The notes: a model not told the origin generated them from the sequence alone. DNA of 64,000 nucleotides from an uncultured Actinomycetes bacterium (GCA_963775505.1 CAVZIL010000009.1:43987-107986), one strand, 5' to 3'; numbered from the stretch's first letter, positions 1 through 9,193 are shown. Translations and numbers: made by a program.

Positions 1-758
1 TGACCGAGATCGCCAGGCCGCCGGCGAACCGCAGGCCCGTGATCACGAGCTGGGTCGACCACGAGAAGAGCAGCACCGCCTACACGCGCCTGCGGAAGCA
101 CCTCGCGGACGGCCGCCAGGCCTACGTCGTCTGCCCGCTCGTCTCCGAGTCGGAAACAATCGAGGCGCGGGCGGCCGAGCAGGAGGCCGAGCGCCTGCGG
201 ACGCACGAGCTGCGCGGCTTCCGGGTCGGCGTCCTCCACGGGAAGCTCAAGACCGCGCAGCGCCGCCAGGTGATGGACGCCTTCAAGCGGCGGGAGCTCG
301 ACGTGCTCGTCGCGACGACGGTGATCGAGGTCGGCGTCGACGTTCCGAACGCGACGATCATGATCGTGCAGGAGGCCGATCGCTTCGGGCTCGCCCAGCT
401 CCACCAGCTCCGCGGCCGCGTCGGCCGGGGCGCCGAGCAGTCGTACTGCCTGCTCGTCTCGCGGCCGAAGGAGGAGCTCACGGAGGAGGCCGTGCGCAGG
501 CTGGAAGCCCTCGTCGAGACCTCCGACGGCTTCCGGCTCGCAGAGGTCGACCTCGAGCTGCGCGGCGAGGGCCAGCTCCTCGGCGTCCGCCAGTCGGGGT
601 ACTCGGACCTCAAGTTCGCGCGGTTGGCGAGGGACCGGCGCCTGATCGCCAAGGCCCGCGTCTGGGCGGAGGAGCTCGTCGACGCGGAGGACGCGGTCCT
701 CGAGCCGCTGCGACGGGAGACGGAGAGGCTGGATGAGGATCGTCGCGGGTTCGCGTAA
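1..758 (+). CDS. recG: ATP-dependent DNA helicase RecG, C-terminal part (5' end outside window)
   Basis: The frame is open from the window edge. It carries SF2 helicase C-terminal motifs (VLVATTVIEVGVDVPNATIMIV, HQLRGRVGRG) and is followed by rsmD-coaD. Confidence 0.85.
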   Translation, partial: TEIARPPANRRPVITSWVDHEKSSTAYTRLRKHLADGRQAYVVCPLVSESETIEARAAEQEAERLRTHELRGFRVGVLHGKLKTAQRRQVMDAFKRRELDVLVATTVIEVGVDVPNATIMIVQEADRFGLAQLHQLRGRVGRGAEQSYCLLVSRPKEELTEEAVRRLEALVETSDGFRLAEVDLELRGEGQLLGVRQSGYSDLKFARLARDRRLIAKARVWAEELVDAEDAVLEPLRRETERLDEDRRGFA

Positions 759-1272
759 GGGCGCGCGCATCCTCGCGCCCAAGGGGCTCGACACCCGGCC
801 CACGGGCGACCGCGTCCGCGAGGCCGTCTTCAACCTGCTCGGCCCGGTTGACGGAGCGGAGGTGCTCGACCTCTACGCCGGCTCCGGCGCGATGGGCCTG
901 GAGGCGCTCTCGCGCGGCGCCGCCCGGGTGACATTCGTCGAGTCCGATCGCGCAGCCGCCGAGACGATCCTCCGCAACCTGGACAAGCTGAGGCTGGACG
1001 GCGCGGTCGTCCTCCGGGAAGACGCATGGCGGAAGCTGGCGGCCGACGCAGCCGGAGGCAAGCGTTACGATCTCGTGCTGGTCGACCCCCCGTACGCCAT
1101 GCTCGCGTCAAACCTCCCCATCCTCGCCGCACACCTGCCCTCCGTGCTCGCGCCGGACGGCGTCGCCGTTATCGAGTCCGACGCGCGCGACGAGCCTGAC
1201 CTGCCGCTCCCCAAGCGGACGAGCCGCCGGTACGGCTCCGCCCGGGTGACGGTCTTCGAGGCGTCGAAGTGA
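733..1272 (+). CDS. rsmD: 16S rRNA (guanine966-N2)-methyltransferase RsmD
   Basis: N-terminus RIVAGSRKGARILAPKGLDTRPTGDRVREAVFNLL, SAM-binding DLYAGSGAMGLEALSRGA, and a DPPY motif. Confidence 0.85.
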   Translation: MRIVAGSRKGARILAPKGLDTRPTGDRVREAVFNLLGPVDGAEVLDLYAGSGAMGLEALSRGAARVTFVESDRAAAETILRNLDKLRLDGAVVLREDAWRKLAADAAGGKRYDLVLVDPPYAMLASNLPILAAHLPSVLAPDGVAVIESDARDEPDLPLPKRTSRRYGSARVTVFEASK

Positions 1273-1799
1273 GCGACTCCCAGCCGGTCACCTGCATCTG
1301 CCCGGGGAGCTACGACCCCGTCACGAACGGCCACCTCGACATCATCAGGCGCGCGGCGGGGATCTTCGAGGGCGTCGTCGTCGGCGTCGTACGCGACCCG
1401 CAGCACAAGGCGACCATGTTCTCCGTGGACGAGCGGGTCAGCTTCCTCCGCGAGGCGCTCGCCGACCTCCCGAACGTGCAGGTGGAGGTCTTCTCCGACC
1501 TCGTCGTCGAGTTCGCGCGCCGCTTCGGCGCGCGGACGATGGTGAAGGGGCTGCGCGCCATCTCGGACTTCGAGTGGGAGTTCCAGATGCACCACCTGAA
1601 CCGGAATCTCGCCCCCGAGGTCGAGACGATGTACCTGATGTCAAGCCCGCAGTACAGCTTCCTCTCCTCGAGCGGCGTCAAGGAGGTCGCCTCCTTCGGA
1701 GGCAACGTGGACGCCCTCGTGCCCGAGCCCGTGGCGCGCCGTTTCCGCCAGCTCTTCCCGCAGGGAAGGCCCGGCGCGCCCGTCAGCCCGCAAGAGTAG
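1269..1799 (+). CDS. coaD: Phosphopantetheine adenylyltransferase
   Basis: The GTG start overlaps the rsmD stop (GTGA). It has the CPGSYDPVTNGHLDIIRRA nucleotidyltransferase motif. Confidence 0.9.
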   Translation: MSDSQPVTCICPGSYDPVTNGHLDIIRRAAGIFEGVVVGVVRDPQHKATMFSVDERVSFLREALADLPNVQVEVFSDLVVEFARRFGARTMVKGLRAISDFEWEFQMHHLNRNLAPEVETMYLMSSPQYSFLSSSGVKEVASFGGNVDALVPEPVARRFRQLFPQGRPGAPVSPQE

Positions 1800-1810
1800 A
1801 CTCATTGCCC

Positions 1811-2302
1811 ATGGACGTACTCGTGCTCATCGACAAGCTCGACGACCTCGTGCACAACGCGAAGGCCGTTCCGCTCACGGATCAGGTCCGCATCGACCGC
1901 GAGGAGATCTACGACATCCTCGACCAGATGCGGGCGACGATCCCGGAGGAGATCAAGCAGGCGCGCTGGATCGTCAAGGAGCGGCAGGAGATGCTGGCGG
2001 AGGCCAAGCGCGAGGCCGACAGGATCCTCGGCGAGGCGCGCGAGCAGGCCGTGCGCGAGGCGTCCCAGACCGAGATCGCCAAGCTGGCCGAGCGCCAGGC
2101 GCAGGAGATCGTCGAGGAGGCCCGCCGCCAGGCGCGCGAGACGCGCCTCGAGATGGAGGACTGGGCCGACTCGATCCTCTCGACGCTCGAGGTGAACCTG
2201 GACAAGTTCCTCGGCGCGGTGCGCCGCGGTCGCGAGCGCCTGCACGAGCGCTCCCAGGAGACGGTCGTCGCCGACCTGGCCGACGACCAGCAACCCGTTT
2301 AG
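1811..2302 (+). CDS. Coiled-coil protein (DivIVA / ATP-synthase-b-like), function unknown
   Basis: ATG at 1811 inside the longer ORF 1574..2302. The product MDVLVLIDKLDDLVHNAKAVPLTDQVRIDREEIYDILDQMR is followed by a long charged helical region. Only this 3' part has coding-like composition. Confidence 0.5.
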   Translation: MDVLVLIDKLDDLVHNAKAVPLTDQVRIDREEIYDILDQMRATIPEEIKQARWIVKERQEMLAEAKREADRILGEAREQAVREASQTEIAKLAERQAQEIVEEARRQARETRLEMEDWADSILSTLEVNLDKFLGAVRRGRERLHERSQETVVADLADDQQPV

Positions 2303-2344
2303 CGTCGCCTGAGCTCACCTGTACTCGTTCGCTACGGTGAACGG

Positions 2345-2854
2345 GTGACCACGTTCAACCTCCGCAACGTCAAGCTACGCCCCGGCGAGCAGTTCCGGGA
2401 TGCGGTCGAGGTCGAGCTCGGGCCGCTCGAGCTGGGCGGCCAGCGCTATGTCCCGGTGCCCGAGCGCCCGGAGGCCATGCTCGAGCTCACGCAAACGAGC
2501 TCGGGGCTCGTCCTCGAGCTCGAGCTGACGACGCGCGTCCTCGGCCCCTGCATGCGCTGCCTGGCCGACGCGGGGCTGGACGTGCACGTCGCCGCCCGCG
2601 AGTACCAGGCCACGAGCCCGGGCGAGTCGGACGAGCTGACGACGCCGTACATCGCAGACTCGAAGCTCGACCTCTCGGCCTGGGCCCACGACGCCGTCGC
2701 GCTCGCGCTCCCCGACAAGATCCTCTGCCGCGAGGACTGCGCTGGCCTCTGCCCGCTCTGCGGCCGCGACCTGAACAAGGAGCCGCACGAGCACGAGGGC
2801 GAGGAGATCGATCCGCGCTGGGCGGCGCTCTCCGAGCTGCGCGACCGCCTGTAG
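2345..2854 (+). CDS. yceD: DUF177 / YceD-family protein (23S rRNA accumulation protein)
   Basis: Sits immediately upstream of rpmF, which is the conserved synteny. It has Cys clusters (CMRC ... CREDCAGLCPLCG) typical of YceD. Confidence 0.75.
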   Translation: MTTFNLRNVKLRPGEQFRDAVEVELGPLELGGQRYVPVPERPEAMLELTQTSSGLVLELELTTRVLGPCMRCLADAGLDVHVAAREYQATSPGESDELTTPYIADSKLDLSAWAHDAVALALPDKILCREDCAGLCPLCGRDLNKEPHEHEGEEIDPRWAALSELRDRL

Positions 2855-2896
2855 GCACAGGGCCCCCGGGCGCTCTCGCTATACTCAGCCGCCGCG

Positions 2897-3085
2897 ATGG
2901 CCGTTCCGAAGCGAAAGACCTCGAAGTCGCGCCGCGACAAGCGCCGGGCGAACCACAAGGCGTCGATCCCGACGCTCGTCGAGTGCCCGCAGTGCCACCA
3001 GCCGAAACGGCCTCACCACGTCTGCCCGACCTGCGGCACCTACCGCGGCCGCGAGGTCGAGCCCCTCCGCACGACGGCGCCCTAA
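2897..3085 (+). CDS. rpmF: 50S ribosomal protein L32
   Basis: [21 protein letters not shown] plus the zinc-ribbon CPQC...CPTCG. Confidence 0.95.
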   Translation: MAVPKRKTSKSRRDKRRANHKASIPTLVECPQCHQPKRPHHVCPTCGTYRGREVEPLRTTAP

Positions 3086-3127
3086 GTGCCTCTCCAGGCA
3101 CAGCAGCAGCACCTGAAGAGGCACTAG

Positions 3128-4120
3128 ATGCCGCCCGTCCGGGTCGCCGTCGACGCCATGGGCGGCGATCGTGCACCGGAGGAGGTCGTCGCGGGCGCGC
3201 GCGCGGCCGCCTCCGCCGACGTCGTTCCGGTCCTCTTCGGCCCGCGCAACGTGCTCGAGCCGCTCGCCGACGGCCTGGAGGTCGTCCACGCCGAGCAGGT
3301 CGTCGCCATGGACGAGAAGCCGGCCGACGCGGTGCGCGAGAAGCGCGAGAGCTCGCTCTTCCTCTCCTGCCGTGCGGTGTGCGACGGCTCCGCGGACGTG
3401 GTCGTCGGCGCCGGAAACACCGGCGCGATGCTCGCCGCCGGCCTCCTCGAGATCCGCCGCCTGCCGGACGTCCACCGGCCCGCGATCGCCGTTCCCATTC
3501 CGTCGCTCGGCGGCCCCTCGATCCTGATCGACGGCGGCGCGAACGCCGACGCGCGGCCCGAGCACCTGGTCCAGTTCGCCCACATGGGCGCCGTGTTCGC
3601 CGAGGAGGTCGCTGGGCTTCCGAGCCCGTCGGTGGCGCTCCTTTCCATCGGCGAGGAGCCCGAGAAGGGCAACAGGCTCGTGCGCGAGGCCCACGCGGAG
3701 CTCGCCGAGGCGCCGGGCCTTCGCTTCATCGGCAACGTCGAGGGCCGCGACCTCCTCCGCAAGGTGGCCGACGTGGTCGTCTGCGACGGGTTCACCGGCA
3801 ACATGGCCCTGAAGCTCCTCGAGGGCACGATTCAGACGACGCTGCACGCCTTCAGGGACGAGATCACCGCGTCCGCGCGCGGCAAGCTCGGCGGGCTTCT
3901 CATCCGTCCGGCCGCGCGGGCCATGCGCACGCGGCTCGATCCCGACACGTACGGCGGCGCCTATCTCCTCGGCCTGCGCGGGCTCGTCGTCATCGCGCAC
4001 GGCAACTCGTCGGCCGCCGCGATCGCAAACGCGGTGCGCTACGCGGCGCGCGGGGTCGCGGGCGGTGTCGTCGACCGCGTCGCCGAGCGCCTGGCGGCGC
4101 GCGTCCAGGCAGTGAACTGA
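3128..4120 (+). CDS. plsX: Phosphate acyltransferase PlsX
   Basis: RVAVDAMGGDRAPEEVVAG, GNTGA, CDGFTGNMALKLLEG and HGNSS motifs, with rpmF-plsX-acpP synteny. Confidence 0.9.
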   Translation: MPPVRVAVDAMGGDRAPEEVVAGARAAASADVVPVLFGPRNVLEPLADGLEVVHAEQVVAMDEKPADAVREKRESSLFLSCRAVCDGSADVVVGAGNTGAMLAAGLLEIRRLPDVHRPAIAVPIPSLGGPSILIDGGANADARPEHLVQFAHMGAVFAEEVAGLPSPSVALLSIGEEPEKGNRLVREAHAELAEAPGLRFIGNVEGRDLLRKVADVVVCDGFTGNMALKLLEGTIQTTLHAFRDEITASARGKLGGLLIRPAARAMRTRLDPDTYGGAYLLGLRGLVVIAHGNSSAAAIANAVRYAARGVAGGVVDRVAERLAARVQAVN

Positions 4121-4196
4121 ACGCCGCAAAGCGTGGTAGCATCCGGCGCCGTTCACGCTGGGTGTCCGAATCAGAGAAAGGCAGGAGAAAACCGAG

Positions 4197-4442
4197 ATGG
4201 CAGCTTCGCGCGAAGAGATCGCCGAGCGGGTGAAGGACGTCCTTGTCGAGCAGCTCGGGATCGAGGAGAGCGAGATCGCGGAGGAAGCCTCGTTCCAGGA
4301 AGATCTCGACGCCGACTCGCTCGACCTCGTCGAGCTCATCATGGAGCTCGAGGACCAGTTCGGGATCAAGATCTCGGACGAGGATGCCCAGCAGATCCAG
4401 ACCGTCGGGCAGGCAGTCGACTACATCTCCACCCACCAGTAG
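4197..4442 (+). CDS. acpP: Acyl carrier protein
   Basis: [21 protein letters not shown], with the phosphopantetheine Ser in DSLD. Confidence 0.95.
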   Translation: MAASREEIAERVKDVLVEQLGIEESEIAEEASFQEDLDADSLDLVELIMELEDQFGIKISDEDAQQIQTVGQAVDYISTHQ

Positions 4443-4470
4443 CCAGGGGACGGGGGGCGAGCTCCTCGCT

Positions 4471-5124
4471 CTGATCCAGGCGCTCCCGGGCGAGCGCCTA
4501 CGGCACGCCTTTACGCACGCCTCCTGGGCCCCGAGCCGGGCGGACTCGTACGAGCGCCTCGAGTTCCTCGGCGACAGCGTGCTCGGGCTGGCGATCGCGG
4601 AGGAGCTGTACGACCGCTTCCCCAACGAGGCGGAGGGCCGCCTTGCCAAGATCCGGGCGCATGTCGTCTCCCGCCAGAGCTGCGCCATCGTCGGCAAGCG
4701 CCTGGGGCTGGGGGAGCTGTTCGCCGGCCACGCCGGTGCGGTGGACCCGGACGAGCTCCGGCGCCTCGCGGCGAATCGCAACGTGCTCGCAGCACTCGTC
4801 GAGGCCTGCCTGGGCGCTCTGTACCTCGAGCACGGTTTCGAGGCCATCCGGGTGCCGATCGTCGAGGCCTTCCAGGAGCGCATCGACTACGCGCTCGAGG
4901 GCCACGTCGACTACAAGACCGAGCTCCAGGAGGAGCTCGCCCGGCGCGGCCTCGCGGTCACCTACACCGTGGTGACCGTGGACGGGCCACCGCACGACCG
5001 CAGCTTCACGTGCGCCGCCACGATCGAAGGCGAGGTCGTCGGCACCGGCCAGGGAGCTTCGAAGAAGGCGGCGGAGCAGATCGCCGCCCGCCAGGCCCTC
5101 GAAACGCTTGCCGGCGAAGAGTAG
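4471..5124 (+). CDS. rnc: Ribonuclease III (start codon unresolved)
   Basis: FTHASW...ERLEFLGDSVLGLAIAEELY signature plus a C-terminal dsRBD (KTELQEELARRG...GASKKAAEQIAARQALE). After the acpP stop there is no in-frame ATG/GTG/TTG. The options are CTG at 4471 or ATG at 4384 or 4243 overlapping acpP. Confidence 0.8.
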   Translation: MIQALPGERLRHAFTHASWAPSRADSYERLEFLGDSVLGLAIAEELYDRFPNEAEGRLAKIRAHVVSRQSCAIVGKRLGLGELFAGHAGAVDPDELRRLAANRNVLAALVEACLGALYLEHGFEAIRVPIVEAFQERIDYALEGHVDYKTELQEELARRGLAVTYTVVTVDGPPHDRSFTCAATIEGEVVGTGQGASKKAAEQIAARQALETLAGEE

Positions 5125-5127
5125 GAG

Positions 5128-6087
5128 TCAGTTCTCGAAGAGCAGGGAGGCGCCGATCGCGCCGCCCAGGTCGCCGAGCGCGGCCGGCAGCATCGCCGGC
5201 GGCCTGTCGTCGACGAAGAGGTGCGGCTGCATCGCCTCGGCTATCCGCTCGACGTACGGCTCTCCCAGCCGCGTTCCGAGCCCACCGCCGATGACGACGG
5301 CCTCCACGTCGAGGAGGTTCACGGCGGAGGCGATGCCCGCACCCAGGGCCGTGACCGCCCGGTCGATGAGCGTCGTCGCCATGTGGTCGCCGTGGTGGAG
5401 CGCCGCGGCCCACACGCCGCTCGTCAGCCGTTCGCGCCCGCGCTTCTTCATCAGGTGGAAGAGGTCGGTCTTGTGCCCGCGGTCGTGGAGCTCCCGCGCC
5501 CGCGCCTCCATGGCGCCTCGCCCCGCGTAGGCCTCGAGACAGCCACTGCGGCCGCAGGGGCAGCGCGCGCCACCGCGCTTCACGACCATGTGCCCGATCT
5601 CTCCGGCGGCCCCGCGGCCGAGCCAGAGCTTCCGGTCGAGCACGATGCCGCCGCCGACGCCCGTGCCCCACCACACGCCGAGGAACGAGGAGTACGGCCG
5701 TCCGGCACCCAGCTCGAGCTCGCCGAGGACGGCGACCTGAACGTCGTTGTCGATCCGGACCGGGCAGTCGAGCGCGTCGGCGAGCGCGGCCGCGAGCGGG
5801 AAGGGCTCCTCCCAGTCGGGGAGGTTCCGCGCGTGCGCGACCGTGCCGGAGTCGTGGTCGACTGCGCCGGGCGAGCCGACGCCGGCGCCGCCGAGCTCCT
5901 CGACGGCCACGCCGGCCGAGCCCGCCGCCTCCTCGACGGCCCCCGCGATCGCGGCCGTCACCGCCGGAGGGCCGCCATCGGTGGGCGTGGGGTGGCGCGC
6001 CTGGCCGACGACGGCGTGGTCGGGACCGACCACGACCGCCTGGATCTTCGTCGCCCCGAGATCGACGCCCGCCCTGAAGGTCGGCAT
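5128..6087 (-). CDS. ROK-family sugar kinase (glucokinase-like)
   Basis: The VDLGATKIQ N-terminus, DNDVQVAVLGE, GEIGHM and the CPCGRSGCLEAY zinc motif. ATG at 6087 overlaps the stop of the upstream SDR (ATGA). Confidence 0.8.
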   Translation of the reverse strand: MPTFRAGVDLGATKIQAVVVGPDHAVVGQARHPTPTDGGPPAVTAAIAGAVEEAAGSAGVAVEELGGAGVGSPGAVDHDSGTVAHARNLPDWEEPFPLAAALADALDCPVRIDNDVQVAVLGELELGAGRPYSSFLGVWWGTGVGGGIVLDRKLWLGRGAAGEIGHMVVKRGGARCPCGRSGCLEAYAGRGAMEARARELHDRGHKTDLFHLMKKRGRERLTSGVWAAALHHGDHMATTLIDRAVTALGAGIASAVNLLDVEAVVIGGGLGTRLGEPYVERIAEAMQPHLFVDDRPPAMLPAALGDLGGAIGASLLFEN

Positions 6088-6860
6088 CAGCGGCGCAACC
6101 GAATCGCGTTCAGATCGTCCGCGACGATCTGCTCGGCACGCGCCGCGACATCGTCGACGTCGTCGTGCTCCGCGTGGAGATAGCGACCCGAAAGCGCATC
6201 GAGCCGGCCGGAGGCGAGCGCGCGCACGAGACGGGGCGCGAGCTCCGGCGGCGTCCAGGGCGCGTCGTCGCCGAAGGTGTCGCCGATCAGCTCGGTGCGC
6301 ACGAGGCCCGGGCTGATCGAAAAGACGGGGATGCCGTGCGGCTCGAGCTGGGTCGCGAGCGTCTCGCTGAAGCGGTGCACGGCGGCCTTGCTCGCGCTGT
6401 AGGCGGTCGAGCGGCTGCCGGGGAGGTACGCGGCGCCGCTGGCGACGTTGACGATGCGGCCGCGGCCGCGCGCGATCATTCCCGGGATCGCCGCGCGGCA
6501 GCACAAATAGACCCCGAGCACGTTGACCTCGAGGACGTGCCACCACTCCTCGGGCTCGAGCTCCCACGCGGACTCTTCCCAGAGCGCGATTCCCGCGTTG
6601 TTGACGAGGAGGTCGAGAGGGCCGAGCTCCTCCTCGGTTCGGGAGACCATCCGCTCGACGTCTCCGCGGTCGGAGACGTCGGCCTGGATCGCCAGGCCGC
6701 CGGTCTCGGCAGCTGTCGTCTCCACCTGCTCCAGCGTCCGCGCGGCGGCGGCCACGCGCGCGCCCGCGGCGGTCAGTTCGAGCGCTATTCCACGGCCGAT
6801 GCCGCGCCCGCCGCCCGTGACGAGCGCGACCTGCCCGGCGAGCTCCGCGTCGGAGGCCAT
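6087..6860 (-). CDS. Short-chain dehydrogenase/reductase (SDR)
   Basis: TGGGRGIGRGIA cofactor motif, NNAG, and the YSASK catalytic motif. Confidence 0.8.
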   Translation of the reverse strand: MASDAELAGQVALVTGGGRGIGRGIALELTAAGARVAAAARTLEQVETTAAETGGLAIQADVSDRGDVERMVSRTEEELGPLDLLVNNAGIALWEESAWELEPEEWWHVLEVNVLGVYLCCRAAIPGMIARGRGRIVNVASGAAYLPGSRSTAYSASKAAVHRFSETLATQLEPHGIPVFSISPGLVRTELIGDTFGDDAPWTPPELAPRLVRALASGRLDALSGRYLHAEHDDVDDVAARAEQIVADDLNAIRLRR

Positions 6861-6887
6861 CCTGCGGGGATCCTACGCTGCCCGGGA

Positions 6888-6995
6888 TGAGCGTCACTCG
6901 CCTATGGCTCGTTCCCGTGGGGGAAACCGTGTTTCCCCACGGGCCCCCTTCTTTGAGCAGTGAGGGAACCTCCCGGTTCCCTCACACACCCTCCC
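6888..6995. repeat. Intergenic double-hairpin repeat, family A, copy 1
   Basis: About 90% identical to 15929..16039. Hairpin 1 is CCCGTGGGGGAAAC-cgt-GTTTCCCCACGGG. Hairpin 2 is GTGAGGGAACC-tccc-GGTTCCCTCAC. Confidence 0.8.
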
Positions 6996-7015
6996 CACGC
7001 TCAACGGCACGGAGC

Positions 7016-7660
7016 GTGCCCTTGAGCGTCGAGGACGAAAAGCGCCTCGCGGGCGAGGCCGCCGCCGCGTTGGTCGAGGACGGGATGCTCGTCGGGCTCG
7101 GCACGGGCTCCACGGTCGCCTACTTCCTCGAGGCGCTCGCGCGCCGCAGGCTCTCGCTGAGATGCGTCGCGACGTCGCTCCAGACCGAGACTGCGGCACG
7201 CGAGCTGGAGCTTGATGTCGAGCCGTTCGATGAGCTCGAGCGCCTCGACCTGGCCGTCGACGGCGCCGACCAGGCTGCGCCGGACGGCTGGCTCGTGAAG
7301 GGCGGCGGCGCCGCGCACACGCGGGAGAAAGTCGTCGCGGCCGCCGCCGACCGCTTCGTCGTCATCGTCTCCTCGGACAAGCTCGTCCCGGCGATCCGCC
7401 CGCCGGTCCCGCTGGAGATCCTCTCGTACGGTGTACGGGCCACGCTCGCGCATGCGGCCCCGGCGGAGCTCCGCGACGTGCCTCCGAGCCCGGACGGCGG
7501 GCTCATCGCCGACCACACGGGCCCGGTGGGCGATCCGGCGGAGCTCGCCGCCCGCCTGTCCGCGACACCCGGGGTCGTCGAGCACGGGCTCTTCCCGCCT
7601 GAGCTGGTCTCCGAGATCCTGGTCGCGCGCGGGGGGAACGTCGAGCGCCGAGCCCTGTAA
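7016..7660 (+). CDS. rpiA: Ribose-5-phosphate isomerase A
   Basis: GLGTGSTVAYFLEAL, DGADQ and KGGGAAHTREKVV motifs. The likely start is GTG 7016 (or TTG 7022). The upstream part of ORF 6887.. is the family A repeat. Confidence 0.85.
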   Translation: MPLSVEDEKRLAGEAAAALVEDGMLVGLGTGSTVAYFLEALARRRLSLRCVATSLQTETAARELELDVEPFDELERLDLAVDGADQAAPDGWLVKGGGAAHTREKVVAAAADRFVVIVSSDKLVPAIRPPVPLEILSYGVRATLAHAAPAELRDVPPSPDGGLIADHTGPVGDPAELAARLSATPGVVEHGLFPPELVSEILVARGGNVERRAL

Positions 7661-7694
7661 CGCACGCGCGCCCGTGCGAGACTAAGCTCGCGAC

Positions 7695-8297
7695 ATGGCC
7701 TTCGTCACCCGCGGCTTCCGCGGCCGGCGCGATGCCGGCGACGACGGGCGCATCCCGCCCGGCCAGTACGAGACCCACGACTTCCCGGTGCTCTCGGCGG
7801 GACCGACGCCGCACACGCCGCTCGAGAGCTGGAGCTTCACTATCTCCGAGGGCGGGGAGGAGCTCGCCCGCTGGAACTGGGAGGACTTCCGCGCGCTCTC
7901 GAGCGAGACGATCACGCGGGACATCCACTGCGTCACCAAGTGGTCGAAGCTCGACACGACGTGGGAGGGCGTCTCCGTCGAAACGCTTCTCGACGGAATC
8001 GAGACCGACGCCGCCTACGTCACCGCTTGGTGCGACGGCGGCTACACGACGAACCTGCCGCTCGAGGACGTCACCGGCGGCAAGGCCTGGGTCGCCTTCG
8101 GCTACGAGGGCGAGCCGCTCGACCCCGAGCACGGCGGCCCCGCTCGGCTGCTCGTCCCGCACCTCTACTTCTGGAAGAGCGCCAAGTGGGTGCGGGGACT
8201 CCGGCTCATGGACGAGGACGAGCCCGGCTTCTGGGAGACGCTCGGCTACCACCTCTACGGAGACCCGTGGCGGGAGCAGCGCTACTGGGGCGACTAA
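7695..8297 (+). CDS. Sulfite-oxidase-like molybdopterin oxidoreductase
   Basis: RDIHCVTKWSKLDTTWEGV, GGPARLLVPHLYFWKSAKWV. This family usually partners with a ferredoxin reductase and DUF6510. Confidence 0.8.
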   Translation: MAFVTRGFRGRRDAGDDGRIPPGQYETHDFPVLSAGPTPHTPLESWSFTISEGGEELARWNWEDFRALSSETITRDIHCVTKWSKLDTTWEGVSVETLLDGIETDAAYVTAWCDGGYTTNLPLEDVTGGKAWVAFGYEGEPLDPEHGGPARLLVPHLYFWKSAKWVRGLRLMDEDEPGFWETLGYHLYGDPWREQRYWGD

Positions 8298-8309
8298 GGG
8301 CTCGGCGCG

Positions 8310-8435
8310 GAATGACGCACGATCCCGCCTGGCCGCGCTGGGCGGCCCGAGGCCGCGTCCTCGGTCGCGCCCATACCCCTCCTGGTATGAGCGCTCCTTG
8401 CGTCCTTGCCTCGAACCACCCATCGCACCCAGTCG
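8310..8435. repeat. Intergenic structured repeat, family B, copy 1
   Basis: Core GCGTCCTCGGTCGCGCCC..GAGCGCTCC.TGCGTCCTTG..CATCGCACCC is shared with 9478..9606. It has the internal hairpin GCGCCCATACC/GGTATGAGCGC. Confidence 0.7.
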
Positions 8436-8478
8436 GGGGGCCATCATCCCGCTCCGAACCCTGACCCCGCTCCGTTGG

Positions 8479-9192
8479 TTGTTGGCGGAGGTCCAGGAGC
8501 TCGTCCCCGAGACTCCGCGCGTCACGAGCCTCATCCTCGACGTCCCCGGCTGGGCCGGCCACCGGCCCGGGCAGCACGTGGACGTCCGCCTGACGGCCGA
8601 GGACGGCTACCAGGCGCAGCGGAGCTACTCGATCGCCACGCCCGCCGACGGCGAGCGGATCGTGTTGACGGTGGAGGAGCTCGAGGACGGCGAGGTCTCG
8701 CCGTTTCTCACGGAGGAGCTGCGCCCCGGGGATCGCTTCGAGCTGCGCGGGCCGATCGGCGGCTACTTCGTCTGGGACGGTTCCGCCGCCGGTCCGCTCC
8801 ACCTGCTTGCCGGCGGCTCCGGAGTCGTCCCGCTCATGGCGATGCTTCGGCACCGGGCCGAGACGGAGCTCGCCGTCCCCGCCACGCTGCTCTACTCGTC
8901 GCGGACGCTCGACGACGTCATCTACCGGGAGGAGCTCGACCGGCTGGCAGCGGCCGATCCGGGGCTGCGCGTCGTGCAGACGCTCACGCGGGCGCAGCCG
9001 AAGGGGTGGGAGGGCTACGCGCGGCGCATCGACGGCGAGATGCTCGCCGAGGTCTTCGGAGAGGGCGTCGAGGCGCGTGCGTACGTCTGCGGCCCGACTC
9101 GCTTCGTCGAGGTGGCGGCCGACGGCCTGGTCGCCATAGGCTACGACCCTGGCCGCGTCCGCACCGAGCGGTTCGGCCCGAGCGGCCCCTGA
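8479..9192 (+). CDS. Ferredoxin reductase-like FAD/NAD(P)-binding oxidoreductase
   Basis: RSYSIA FAD motif, GPIGGYF, and LLAGGSGVVPLMAML NAD motif. The start is uncertain (TTG 8479 or 8482, or CTG 8461). Upstream ORF sequence is the family B repeat. Confidence 0.8.
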   Translation: MLAEVQELVPETPRVTSLILDVPGWAGHRPGQHVDVRLTAEDGYQAQRSYSIATPADGERIVLTVEELEDGEVSPFLTEELRPGDRFELRGPIGGYFVWDGSAAGPLHLLAGGSGVVPLMAMLRHRAETELAVPATLLYSSRTLDDVIYREELDRLAAADPGLRVVQTLTRAQPKGWEGYARRIDGEMLAEVFGEGVEARAYVCGPTRFVEVAADGLVAIGYDPGRVRTERFGPSGP

Positions 9193-9193
9193 C

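Noticed and set aside
2885-4369. 494-aa ORF on the minus strand, antisense to rpmF/plsX/acpP.
   Set aside because: The product is Arg/Gly/Ala-rich and low in complexity, with no motifs. It fully overlaps three well-supported plus-strand genes, so it is a typical high-GC shadow ORF.
5128-6897. 589-aa minus-strand ORF suggesting one large protein.
   Set aside because: Only the C-terminal 319 aa (ROK kinase, start ATG 6087) are credible. The N-terminal part is an out-of-frame reading of the SDR gene, whose own frame (6087..6860) has clear SDR motifs.
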